This document shows, piece by piece, positions 9,123 to 17,643 of a DNA stretch of 64,000 nucleotides. Every line of letters starts with the position of its first letter. Within the stretch, counting starts at the first letter, position 1. Below the pieces are notes generated by a model. That model was not told the DNA's origin, searched no databases, and saw nothing but the letters and a program-made list of their open reading frames with translations. Location: positions 117,920 through 181,919 of the forward strand of contig JAGUYM010000014.1 of NCBI GenBank assembly GCA_020061305.1. Reading direction: 5' to 3'. The stretch comes from Candidatus Woesebacteria bacterium. Lineage in GTDB: Bacteria > Patescibacteriota > Microgenomatia > UBA8517. The translations under genes and the position numbers were made by a program.

Positions 9123-10160
9123 ATGGCAAGTAATAACCAACCAAGAACAGAATTTAATCAGGCATTAAAGGCCATTGCTATGGAGAGAGGTCTTGATCCT
9201 AATGTCATATTGGAGGCAATTGAACAGGCAATTATTGCCGCCTTTAGAAGAGATGCTAAAGAGGCAGGAACCGAATATCCTGAAGAAACTGTAATTACGG
9301 CCCAAATTGATTCACTTGATGGCGGAGCCAAAGTTTTTATTGATGGTAAAGATGTTACTCCACCTGGATTTGGACGAATTGCAGCTCAAACTGCAAAACA
9401 AGTAATTCATCAAAAAATAAGAGAGGCTGAAAGAGGATCTGTGATGGAAGAATATATGGGTAAAGTTGGAAGCTTAGTTTCAGGAATTGTTCTTCGATTT
9501 GATGGATCAAATGTAAAAGTTGACCTTGGAAGAACAGAAGGCATAATGCCTGCTGAGGAAAGAATACCACAAGAAAGACTTACTCAAGGTCAGAGACTCA
9601 CATTTTTACTTAAAGACATTAAAGAAACAATAAAAGGTAAAGAAATAATTTTATCTCGTGCCGATCCTCAGTTTGTAGTTAAGCTTTTTGCTCGAGAAGT
9701 CCCTGAAATAAATTCAGGTTCAGTTGAAATAAAACTTATATCAAGAGAAGCGGGAGTTAGGACAAAGATTGCGGTGTTTTCTTCTCAATCTGGCGTTGAT
9801 CCGGTAGGAAGCTGTGTTGGCCAAAAAGGTGTTAGAGTTCAGGCCGTTACAAATGAGTTGGGTGGAGAGAGAGTAGATGTCATTCCTTACACAGAGGATG
9901 TTGCTGAACTTGTTAAATTGGCTTTGGGTCCCGCTGAAAATTTGGAAGTTAAAGTTGTCAAAAAGGACAAAACAGCATCCGTAAAAGCTCCGGAAGACCA
10001 ACTATCTTTGGCAATTGGGAAAGACGGCCAAAATGTTCGCTTGGCAAGTAAGCTTGTCGGTTATAAAATTGAAATAGTCGGTGATGGGTCAATAATTGAA
10101 GATAAAACAATTGAAGAAAAAACAGGAGTAGAAGAAGTAGTTGTCGAAGACACAAAATGA
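9123..10160 (+). CDS. nusA: transcription termination/antitermination factor NusA
   Basis: N-terminal NusA domain, S1 and two KH domains (GSCVGQKGVRVQAV, AIGKDGQNVRLAS). Confidence 0.9.
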   Translation: MASNNQPRTEFNQALKAIAMERGLDPNVILEAIEQAIIAAFRRDAKEAGTEYPEETVITAQIDSLDGGAKVFIDGKDVTPPGFGRIAAQTAKQVIHQKIREAERGSVMEEYMGKVGSLVSGIVLRFDGSNVKVDLGRTEGIMPAEERIPQERLTQGQRLTFLLKDIKETIKGKEIILSRADPQFVVKLFAREVPEINSGSVEIKLISREAGVRTKIAVFSSQSGVDPVGSCVGQKGVRVQAVTNELGGERVDVIPYTEDVAELVKLALGPAENLEVKVVKKDKTASVKAPEDQLSLAIGKDGQNVRLASKLVGYKIEIVGDGSIIEDKTIEEKTGVEEVVVEDTK

Positions 10161-10224
10161 AAATTTTATACATAAATTTTAAAATCTTCGCTTTCTAATT
10201 CCTGATTTCTAATTGCTAATTATT

Positions 10225-11598
10225 ATGTTAAAAAATCGTCAACCGATTGTCACAGTTTTGGGCCATGTGGATCATGGAAAAACATCACTTTTGGATGCCA
10301 TTAGACAAACCACGATTGTTTCAAAAGAAGCCGGGGGGATAACTCAGTCAATTGGCGCATCAGTTGTTTCGGGTATTACCTTTATTGATACACCTGGCCA
10401 CGCACTTTTTTCAAGCATGAGGGAAAGGGGTGCTGATATTGCAGACATTGCACTTTTAATAATTGATGGCTCAAGTGGTATCAAGCCCCAAACTTTAGAA
10501 GCTTTAGAACTAATACAAAAAAATGAAGTTCCGTTTATTGTGGTTATTACCAAAAGTGATTTACCTTCAAGTACTATTGAAAATGTGCTCCCGCCTTTAG
10601 AGGAAAAGGGAATTTATTTCGAAGGCAGAGGTGGTCAAACTCCATTTATTGAGGTTTCGGCCAAAAATAAAATTAATCTTGATAAACTTATTGATTTAAT
10701 ACTTTTATTTGCCGAGGTCAATGAAATTAAGGGAGACGAAGATTTACCGTTGGAAGCCTATGTTATTGAAACTACAAAGGAAAAAGGTGGAATTTATACA
10801 TCTTTAGTTGTTAAAAATGGAAAACTTAAAATTGGAGACGATTTGTATACCAAAAATACAAAAGGCAGAGTGAGAGGTCTTTTTGATTTTCAAAATAAGC
10901 CAGTCAAAGAGGTGTCGCCGGGTTTTCCAGCAAGAGTTTTGGGTTTTGATGAAACGCCTTTGGTTGGATGCGTGGTTTCTGATAAACCATGTGATATAGA
11001 AAAACCTGTAAATAAAAAAACATTTATAAGGCATGATAAAACTAAAATCCCTCTTCTGATAAAAGCCAATAATCAAGGAGCCTTGGATGTTTTAAAAGCA
11101 TCAATTCCTAATGGGTTTATTGTCGTTGATTCTGGAATTGGTGAAGTTGTGGAATCAGATGTTTTAAATGCAAAAGCAAATGAGGCATATCTTTTTGTTT
11201 TTGAAAGCAAGATTTCTTCAAACATAAAAAAATTAGCAGATAGCGAAGGAGTTCATGTCGAAAAATTTGATGTTATTTACGAACTTTTAGAGAAGCTTGA
11301 AAAAATATTAAAAGATGATGTTTTTGAAATAAAAGGAAAGGCTCAAATATTAGCAGAATTTCCATTTGATGGCAAAAAGATTGCGGGTGTTAGAGTGACA
11401 ATGGGAAGAATTGAAAAAACATTAAATTTGAAGATATTAAGAGGGGAAAATGAAATAGGTCAAGCCAAGGCGGTTTCAATTAAAAAACAAAAACAAGAAG
11501 TTCAAGGGGTTTCGCAAGGTGAAGAATGTGGAATACTTTTAAATAAAGAGCTTGATTTTAAAATTGGAGATGTTATTATAGCCGTAAATGAAAAATAG
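10225..11598 (+). CDS. infB: translation initiation factor IF-2, short form lacking the N-terminal domains
   Basis: G domain [30 protein letters not shown]; the ATG at 10225 is preferred over the TTG at 10213 used by the ORF track. Confidence 0.9.
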   Translation: MLKNRQPIVTVLGHVDHGKTSLLDAIRQTTIVSKEAGGITQSIGASVVSGITFIDTPGHALFSSMRERGADIADIALLIIDGSSGIKPQTLEALELIQKNEVPFIVVITKSDLPSSTIENVLPPLEEKGIYFEGRGGQTPFIEVSAKNKINLDKLIDLILLFAEVNEIKGDEDLPLEAYVIETTKEKGGIYTSLVVKNGKLKIGDDLYTKNTKGRVRGLFDFQNKPVKEVSPGFPARVLGFDETPLVGCVVSDKPCDIEKPVNKKTFIRHDKTKIPLLIKANNQGALDVLKASIPNGFIVVDSGIGEVVESDVLNAKANEAYLFVFESKISSNIKKLADSEGVHVEKFDVIYELLEKLEKILKDDVFEIKGKAQILAEFPFDGKKIAGVRVTMGRIEKTLNLKILRGENEIGQAKAVSIKKQKQEVQGVSQGEECGILLNKELDFKIGDVIIAVNEK

Positions 11599-12484
11599 CT
11601 TTGCGCAATTATTATCCCCCGCCAAAGATATCTTGGTTTTACTTCCCAATAGACCCCATTTGGATCAGGTGGCTTCAGGTCTTTCCTTGTTTTTGTCTTT
11701 AAAACAAACAAAAAATGTGACAATTGCTTCTAGTAACCCCATGACTGTTGAGTTTTCAAGACTTGTGGGAGTAGACAATATCACAAAAGAACTTGGAAAT
11801 AAGAATTTAATAATTGAGTTTCCTGGGTATAATCCTGAACATGTAGAAAAAGTTTCTGCAGATATTGATAATAATCAATTTAAATTAACATTTTTACCTA
11901 AAGCAGGATTTAAACCGCCAGAAAAATCACAAGTAGTTTTAAACTATGCAGGTATTTCGGCCGATTTAGTTATTTTAATAGGTGGAGGCGATGAAACACA
12001 TTTTGAGATGCTTAAAAATCCTGAACTTGTCAATTTAAACCTGGTTCATGTTGGGACAAGGCTTTTAGAAATTTCAACAGATCTTAAAGTTTTATCTTTT
12101 GCAAGACAAGCATCATCAACGTCAGAAATTGTATATAGTTTAATTAAAGAAAGTGGACTTCCTGTTGATTCTGACATTGCAACAAATCTTTTGGCGGGAA
12201 TTGAAGATGGAAGTAGAAGTTTTCAAGATGATGGAGTGAGCGCAGATACATTTGCCTATTTTGCAGAACTTTTGAAAGTGGGTGGAAAAAGACTACCTAA
12301 ATTGATGCCTCAAAAATTTCCTGTTGGGTCAATTCCAAATAAACCGTATAACACAAATCTAGGACAGGTGGGGCAAGTAGAACAGGTAGTTGAAGAAGAT
12401 ATTCCAATGCCTGAGGTTGAACCAAAAGACATTCCCAGCTCATGGAGCGAACCAAAAATCTTCACAGGAACAAGCGTGAGTTAA
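11588..12484 (+). CDS. DHH/DHHA1-family (NrnA-like) protein with a degenerate catalytic motif
   Basis: LLPNRPHLDQVASGLSLFLSL aligns with DHH motif I (hhxxHxxPDGDAxGSxLAL) but lacks the Asp pair; IGGGDETH in place of motif III; position between infB and rpsO matches the nrnA locus in other bacteria. Confidence 0.4.
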   Translation: MKNSFAQLLSPAKDILVLLPNRPHLDQVASGLSLFLSLKQTKNVTIASSNPMTVEFSRLVGVDNITKELGNKNLIIEFPGYNPEHVEKVSADIDNNQFKLTFLPKAGFKPPEKSQVVLNYAGISADLVILIGGGDETHFEMLKNPELVNLNLVHVGTRLLEISTDLKVLSFARQASSTSEIVYSLIKESGLPVDSDIATNLLAGIEDGSRSFQDDGVSADTFAYFAELLKVGGKRLPKLMPQKFPVGSIPNKPYNTNLGQVGQVEQVVEEDIPMPEVEPKDIPSSWSEPKIFTGTSVS

Positions 12485-12595
12485 CACAAATTTTTTTGCA
12501 GGTTGCATTTTTCAGTGAGAGATGGTGCTACAAAAGTAGAAAAACCTAAAAAGACTAAGAAGCCAGTTACCAAAAAAGGTAAATAATTTTCCTCT

Positions 12596-12624
12596 TTGTA
12601 AATTTTGAACTTGCCTGATATAAT
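12596..12624 (+). promoter_or_regulatory. sigma70-like promoter for rpsO (TTGTAA-17-TATAAT)
   Basis: hexamers at 12596-12601 and 12619-12624. Confidence 0.45.
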
Positions 12625-12680
12625 ACAACAGCTGGATGATAGCGAGGAGTAAAATCTTTGGCTACACATGACTAATCAAT

Positions 12681-12950
12681 ATGGCATTAAAGATAGACGA
12701 GAAAAAACAAGTAATTACAAAGTTTGCAAGGGAAAAAGGTGATACTGGTTCTCCAGAAGTACAAATTGCACTTCTAAGTACAAAAATTGCAAAACTTGCA
12801 GAGCATTTGAAGGAACACAAAAAAGATGTTCACTCAAGAAGGGGGCTTTTGGCAATGGTTGCAAAAAGAAGAAGACTACTTTCCTACTTGCAAAAGAAGG
12901 ATGAAAAGAGGTATAAAGATCTGATTAAAGAATTAGGACTAAATAAATAA
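12681..12950 (+). CDS. rpsO: 30S ribosomal protein S15
   Basis: [51 protein letters not shown]. Confidence 0.9.
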   Translation: MALKIDEKKQVITKFAREKGDTGSPEVQIALLSTKIAKLAEHLKEHKKDVHSRRGLLAMVAKRRRLLSYLQKKDEKRYKDLIKELGLNK

Positions 12951-13027
12951 AAAATTAACCTAATTATTCTAATTAACCTAATTGACCAAATAAGCTTCAA
13001 ATAGGACAGAATAATTAAATATACAAA

Positions 13028-15319
13028 ATGAAAAGAATAGAAAAGAAATTAGAAATAGGCGGCAAAATACTGACACTTACAACCGGAGAGTTAGCAGAAC
13101 AAGCAGCCTCTGCCGTGACGGCAAGAATTGGTGATACTGTTGTGCTTGCAACTGTTGCAGTTTCTGATTTAAAGCAGGAATTAGACTATTTTCCTTTAAC
13201 AATTGATTATCAGGAGAGACTTTATGCTGGTGGAAGAATAAAGGGCTCAAGATGGGTTAAAAGAGAAGGAAGACCGACGGATGAAGAAATACTTTCAGGA
13301 AGATTAATTGATAGATCAATTCGACCACTTTTCCCCAAAACCTACAAAAAAGAAGTTCAAATAATTATTACGGTTCTTTCTGTTGATATGGAAAATGATC
13401 CTGCAATTGTCGGCGCCTTGGCCGCATCTGCCGCTGTTCATACAACCACACTTCCATGGAAAGGTCCTGTTTCTACATTTAGAGTTGGTTTTGTAGATGA
13501 AAAATATATATTAAATCCAGTAAATAGTGAAATCGAAACTTCTAAGATGGATTTGGTGGTTTCTTCGACAAAAGAGGCGGTTTTAATGGTTGAGGCAGGA
13601 GCAAACGAGGCAACAGAAGAAGAGATATTAAAGGGGATTAGTTTTGCCTTTGACGAAAGTAAAAGTGTATTAAAACTAATTGAGGAGTTTGCAAATGAAG
13701 TTGGTGTTGTTAGGGATGTATATAAAGTAGAAAAGGCTTCTCCTGAAATTGAAAAACAAGTCAAAGAACTAGTTAAGGACAGGATTCCGTCGTTGGTTAA
13801 AAATATGGCACTTCATGAAGGACATTCTTCAGAATATTCTGAATTTGTTGCAGGAATCCAAGATAAATTTGAGACAGAAGACGAAAAGAAACAAGTTGTT
13901 GATGTAATTGAACATCTTAAAAAAGATCATATCAGAGAGCAAATTCTTAAAAAAGGCATCAGGCCAGATGGTAGAAAACTAACTGAAATAAGAAAGCTTT
14001 CGGCCCAAGTTGGATATTTGCCTAGAGTTCATGGTTCAGGTCTTTTCAAAAGAGGTCAAACACAAGTGCTTTCAGTTTTAACGCTTGCTGCAACATCTCA
14101 AAGTTTGCTTTTAGAGTCGGCAGAAGGAGAAGATGAAAAGCGCTATATCCATCACTACTCAATGCCCCCTTATGCAACTGGTGAAACCGGCAGAGTTGGG
14201 AGTCCTGGAAGAAGAGAAATAGGTCATGGTGCCTTAGCCGAAAGATCACTTGTTCCTGTAATTCCAGACGAGAAAGATTTTCCTTACACAATTAGAGTTG
14301 TTTCAGAAGTGATGAGCAGTAATGGTTCAACTTCAATGGCATCTGTTTGTGGGTCAACATTGGCTTTAATGGATGCGGGTGTTCCAATTTTAGCTCCTGT
14401 TTCAGGAATTGCAATGGGCTTAATCATAGAATCAGATGATAGCTACGCAATTCTTTCAGACATCATGGGCATTGAGGACTTTAATGGCGACATGGATTTT
14501 AAAGTTGCTGGAACATCAAAAGGAATTACAGCACTTCAGCTTGATGTTAAAACATTAAACCTAACTCCAAAAATTCTTGAAGAAGCTTTAGAGCAGGCTA
14601 AAAAAGGTAGGGCAGAAATATTAAAAGTTATGACAGATACTATTTCAGAGTCTAGAAAAGAGGTTAATGCTTTTGCTCCAAAAATTAAGGTAGTAATGAT
14701 TCCTGTCGATAAAATAGGTGAACTTATTGGCCCTTCTGGCAAAAATATAAAGAAATTAGCTGCTGACACTGGGGCTCAAATTGATGTTGAAGATGACGGC
14801 TCTGTTTCAATATCTGCAGTTGATCCGGCATCGATGGAGAAAGCCGTTGCTTATGTGGAGGGAATGATCAAAGAGGTTCAGGTGGGAGAGATTTATGAAG
14901 GTGAAGTAGTTAGGCTTCTTAATTTTGGAGCATTTGTAAACATTTTGCCAGGTAAAGATGGTATGGTTCATGTATCGGATATGGGCAAAGATGGTTATGT
15001 AAATGATGCTTCAGATGTGTTGTCAATTGGTCAAAAAGTAACTGTTAGAGTAAAAAAGATAGATGAAATGAAAAGGATTAGCTTGTCACTCAATCTTGAC
15101 CCAGCAATGGATGAAAAAGTAGAAAGTTTAAAAAGAGATAGAAATGGTGGGGGGGGTGGATATTCAAGAGGACCAAGGCGAGATTTTAATGGGAGAAGTG
15201 GTGGAGGAAGAGGATTTTCAAGAGATAGAGGAGGAGACAAGAGAAATTTTAGCCGACCATCTGGTCCACATTTTCCAACCAGTCGTTACTTCCAAACTGA
15301 CACAAGCCCTGATAGATAA
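13028..15319 (+). CDS. pnp: polynucleotide phosphorylase (PNPase) with an Arg/Gly-rich C-terminal tail
   Basis: two RNase PH domains, KH (IGELIGPSGKNIK) and S1 domains; extra C-terminal RGG/RG-rich ~60 aa. Confidence 0.95.
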   Translation: MKRIEKKLEIGGKILTLTTGELAEQAASAVTARIGDTVVLATVAVSDLKQELDYFPLTIDYQERLYAGGRIKGSRWVKREGRPTDEEILSGRLIDRSIRPLFPKTYKKEVQIIITVLSVDMENDPAIVGALAASAAVHTTTLPWKGPVSTFRVGFVDEKYILNPVNSEIETSKMDLVVSSTKEAVLMVEAGANEATEEEILKGISFAFDESKSVLKLIEEFANEVGVVRDVYKVEKASPEIEKQVKELVKDRIPSLVKNMALHEGHSSEYSEFVAGIQDKFETEDEKKQVVDVIEHLKKDHIREQILKKGIRPDGRKLTEIRKLSAQVGYLPRVHGSGLFKRGQTQVLSVLTLAATSQSLLLESAEGEDEKRYIHHYSMPPYATGETGRVGSPGRREIGHGALAERSLVPVIPDEKDFPYTIRVVSEVMSSNGSTSMASVCGSTLALMDAGVPILAPVSGIAMGLIIESDDSYAILSDIMGIEDFNGDMDFKVAGTSKGITALQLDVKTLNLTPKILEEALEQAKKGRAEILKVMTDTISESRKEVNAFAPKIKVVMIPVDKIGELIGPSGKNIKKLAADTGAQIDVEDDGSVSISAVDPASMEKAVAYVEGMIKEVQVGEIYEGEVVRLLNFGAFVNILPGKDGMVHVSDMGKDGYVNDASDVLSIGQKVTVRVKKIDEMKRISLSLNLDPAMDEKVESLKRDRNGGGGGYSRGPRRDFNGRSGGGRGFSRDRGGDKRNFSRPSGPHFPTSRYFQTDTSPDR

Positions 15320-15471
15320 CATTTAGTTTTTAGTAAAAAGTTATATAATAACCCATATTATGGTTGAAGGCGAATGTAGGTTAACGGATGATTGTATCTC
15401 AATTTTTAGCTGATCGTTGTAGTCTCTTATAATATTTTTAAATTTCAACAATTCAATGCTACAATTAAATT

Positions 15472-16521
15472 ATGAATGATACTGCCTTTAATGAGATAAA
15501 TGTTCTTGGTGAAAAAATTAAAAATTCAACTGTTCCAGAAGAATTAAAAAATTCTGTACAAATAAGACTTGATCAATTAAAAAAATTAACAAATTCTCCT
15601 ACATTTTTACCGGAATATGACAGAATGAATAAATATATAGATTGGATTACGGCTTTACCATGGGAGAAAAAATCACAAGATAATCTTGATTTGGAAAATG
15701 CCAAAAAAATTTTGGACGAACATCATTTCGGGCTTGAAGATATTAAAAATAGGATTATTGAATATCTTGCTGTCATGAAGCTAAAACAAGAAAAAGGTGA
15801 GGGTCAGGATGTCTATCGTGCCCCCATCCTTTGTTTTGTGGGTTTGGTTGGAACTGGAAAAACTACAATTGCCTATTCTATAGCTGGGGCGTTGGGAAGA
15901 AAGATTGCTCGTATCCCATTTGGGGGTATGGGTGATCCGTTGGATTTGAGAGGTCAAAGTAGAATGCATGCAGAAGCAGAACCTGGGAAAATTATTAAAG
16001 CACTTCGTGACACCGGTTATAGAAATTCTGTCATACTTCTTGATGAAATAGACAGAGTAACAGATCAGGGAAGAGCTTCAATTATGGGTGTCTTGGTTGA
16101 ACTTTTAGATCCAGGTCAAAATCATGCTTTTACTGATCATTATATTGATTATCCAGTAAACCTTTCTGAATGTATTTTTATAGCAACTGCAAATAATACA
16201 ACAAATATTTCAACTGCAGTAATGGACAGAATAGAACCAATTATGATGCCTTCTTATACCGATCAAGAAAAAATAACTATTGGTAAAAAATATGTGTTTC
16301 CAAAAGCTTTGAAGGCTTCCGGTCTGCCAATGGATACCATTACTGTTGATGATGAAGTTTGGGTAAATTTAGTTAGGCCATTAGGTTATGATGCAGGAAT
16401 TAGAACGATGGAAAGAACAATCGGTGGGATGGTCCGTAAAGTTGCCAGAATGGTAGTTGAGGGTAAAGGAACCCACTTTGCCATAACTCAACAAAATGTT
16501 AAAGAATTTTTACCACAATAA
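15472..16521 (+). CDS. Lon-like AAA+ ATPase module with no N-terminal LON domain and no S16 protease domain
   Basis: YIDWITALPWEKKSQDNLDLENAKKILDEHHFGLEDIKNRIIEYLAV and PILCFVGLVGTGKTT (Walker A), VILLDEIDR (Walker B), ATANN sensor, MDRIE align along the Lon A-domain; the ORF ends exactly where the protease domain would begin; flanking genes leave no room for the missing domains. Confidence 0.7.
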   Translation: MNDTAFNEINVLGEKIKNSTVPEELKNSVQIRLDQLKKLTNSPTFLPEYDRMNKYIDWITALPWEKKSQDNLDLENAKKILDEHHFGLEDIKNRIIEYLAVMKLKQEKGEGQDVYRAPILCFVGLVGTGKTTIAYSIAGALGRKIARIPFGGMGDPLDLRGQSRMHAEAEPGKIIKALRDTGYRNSVILLDEIDRVTDQGRASIMGVLVELLDPGQNHAFTDHYIDYPVNLSECIFIATANNTTNISTAVMDRIEPIMMPSYTDQEKITIGKKYVFPKALKASGLPMDTITVDDEVWVNLVRPLGYDAGIRTMERTIGGMVRKVARMVVEGKGTHFAITQQNVKEFLPQ

Positions 16522-16535
16522 TATAAAATTATTTC

Positions 16536-16994
16536 ATGAAGATAGTTGTTATTGGCGATACACATGATAATATCCAAAACATTAGACATGTGATGGGGTT
16601 TTCAGAAAAAATTAAGGCAGAGGCGGTAATTCATACTGGAGATTGGAGTAATTTAAAAACATACAAAGAAATTAAAAGTTACAAAATTAAAACATATGGA
16701 GTGTTAGGTAATGCAGACATTTCGTCTGAGATAAAAAGTAAACTCGATGAGTTTTTGGAACTAGAAATAGATAATTTAAAAATTGGCCTGATTCATAATA
16801 TTAAAAAATTAAAATTGATTGAAAATTGGAAATTTAAAATTGAAAATTTGGACATAGTTTTTTGCGGCCATGAGCACAAACAATACCAAAAAAATAAATT
16901 TATTAATCCAGGAAGCCTCGAGAATGATATTAATTTTGCAATTTTCGATACAAAAACAAAAAGAGTAGAATTCATCAACAATGACAAAATTTGA
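16536..16994 (+). CDS. small calcineurin-like metallophosphoesterase (YfcE/MJ0936 family)
   Basis: IGDTHDN, GDW, GNAD, GHEH metal-binding motifs in a 152-aa protein. Confidence 0.7.
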   Translation: MKIVVIGDTHDNIQNIRHVMGFSEKIKAEAVIHTGDWSNLKTYKEIKSYKIKTYGVLGNADISSEIKSKLDEFLELEIDNLKIGLIHNIKKLKLIENWKFKIENLDIVFCGHEHKQYQKNKFINPGSLENDINFAIFDTKTKRVEFINNDKI

Positions 16995-17541
16995 AGAACT
17001 TCACAAACTTAAAGATTTGATGGAAAAAGATGACTCATTACCCTTAAAAGGGGTGGCCAATAAATTAGTTTTTGGGTCGGGGAATACTGAAGCAAAAATA
17101 TTATGCATAGGTGAGGGTCCCGGAAGACAAGAAGATATAGAAGGTTTACCATTTGTAGGTCAGGCTGGAAAACTTTTGGACAAGCTTTTGCTTTTAGCTG
17201 GAGTTGAAAGAAAAAAAGTATTTATCACAAATGTTGTTCATCATAGACCACCAAATAATCGCGATCCGCTTCCCGACGAAATATCTGCATACGGAAAATA
17301 TTTAGACCAAATTATTGAGATAATTAAGCCAAAAATAATTATAACTTTAGGTAGGTTTTCTATGAATAAGTTTTTACCAGATGTGTTTATTTCTCAAGCT
17401 CACGGCAAAAGTTTTAAAATTGGAAAAATTATAGTTATTCCTATGTATCACCCCGCAGCAAGTTTAAGAAACGGCAAAATACTTGAATTAGAAAAAATGG
17501 ATTTTCAAAATTTAAAAAAAATATTGGGGAAGATAATCTGA
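16981..17541 (+). CDS. uracil-DNA glycosylase, family 4
   Basis: GEGPG...E...GLPFVGQAGKLL motif and C-terminal HPAA motif. Confidence 0.8.
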   Translation: MTKFEELHKLKDLMEKDDSLPLKGVANKLVFGSGNTEAKILCIGEGPGRQEDIEGLPFVGQAGKLLDKLLLLAGVERKKVFITNVVHHRPPNNRDPLPDEISAYGKYLDQIIEIIKPKIIITLGRFSMNKFLPDVFISQAHGKSFKIGKIIVIPMYHPAASLRNGKILELEKMDFQNLKKILGKII

Positions 17542-17643
17542 TCATTTCATGTTAAAATTAACTTAATTATTCTAATCAAGTTAATTGTTCTAAATTAGAC
17601 ATTAAGAATTAGAGCTTGGTTGGAAATTAGAAATTAGAAATTT

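Noticed and set aside
10213-10224. ORF-track TTG start for infB at 10213
   Set aside because: An ATG four codons downstream (10225) gives a conventional start; the TTG start would place the start inside the CTAATT motif array.
12485-12586. In-frame Lys-rich 33-codon extension after the TAA stop of the DHH-like gene (…DGATKVEKPKKTKKPVTKKGK)
   Set aside because: There is no ATG, and the Lys richness follows from the A-rich sequence. I cannot evaluate stop-codon readthrough from sequence alone, and rpsO promoter elements occupy the same stretch.
15472-16521. Possibility that the Lon-like gene is a pseudogene fragment
   Set aside because: Domain boundaries are clean, the ATPase motifs are intact, the reading frame is uninterrupted, and flanking genes abut it tightly. 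It is treated as a functional standalone module, though an assembly frameshift cannot be excluded without reads.
16536-17541. Phosphoesterase + UDG as an anti-phage defense pair
   Set aside because: Both are common housekeeping families (YfcE-like PDE, family-4 UDG). There is no nuclease or sensor partner beyond the Lon-like ATPase, so they are reported only as context for the Lon-module finding.
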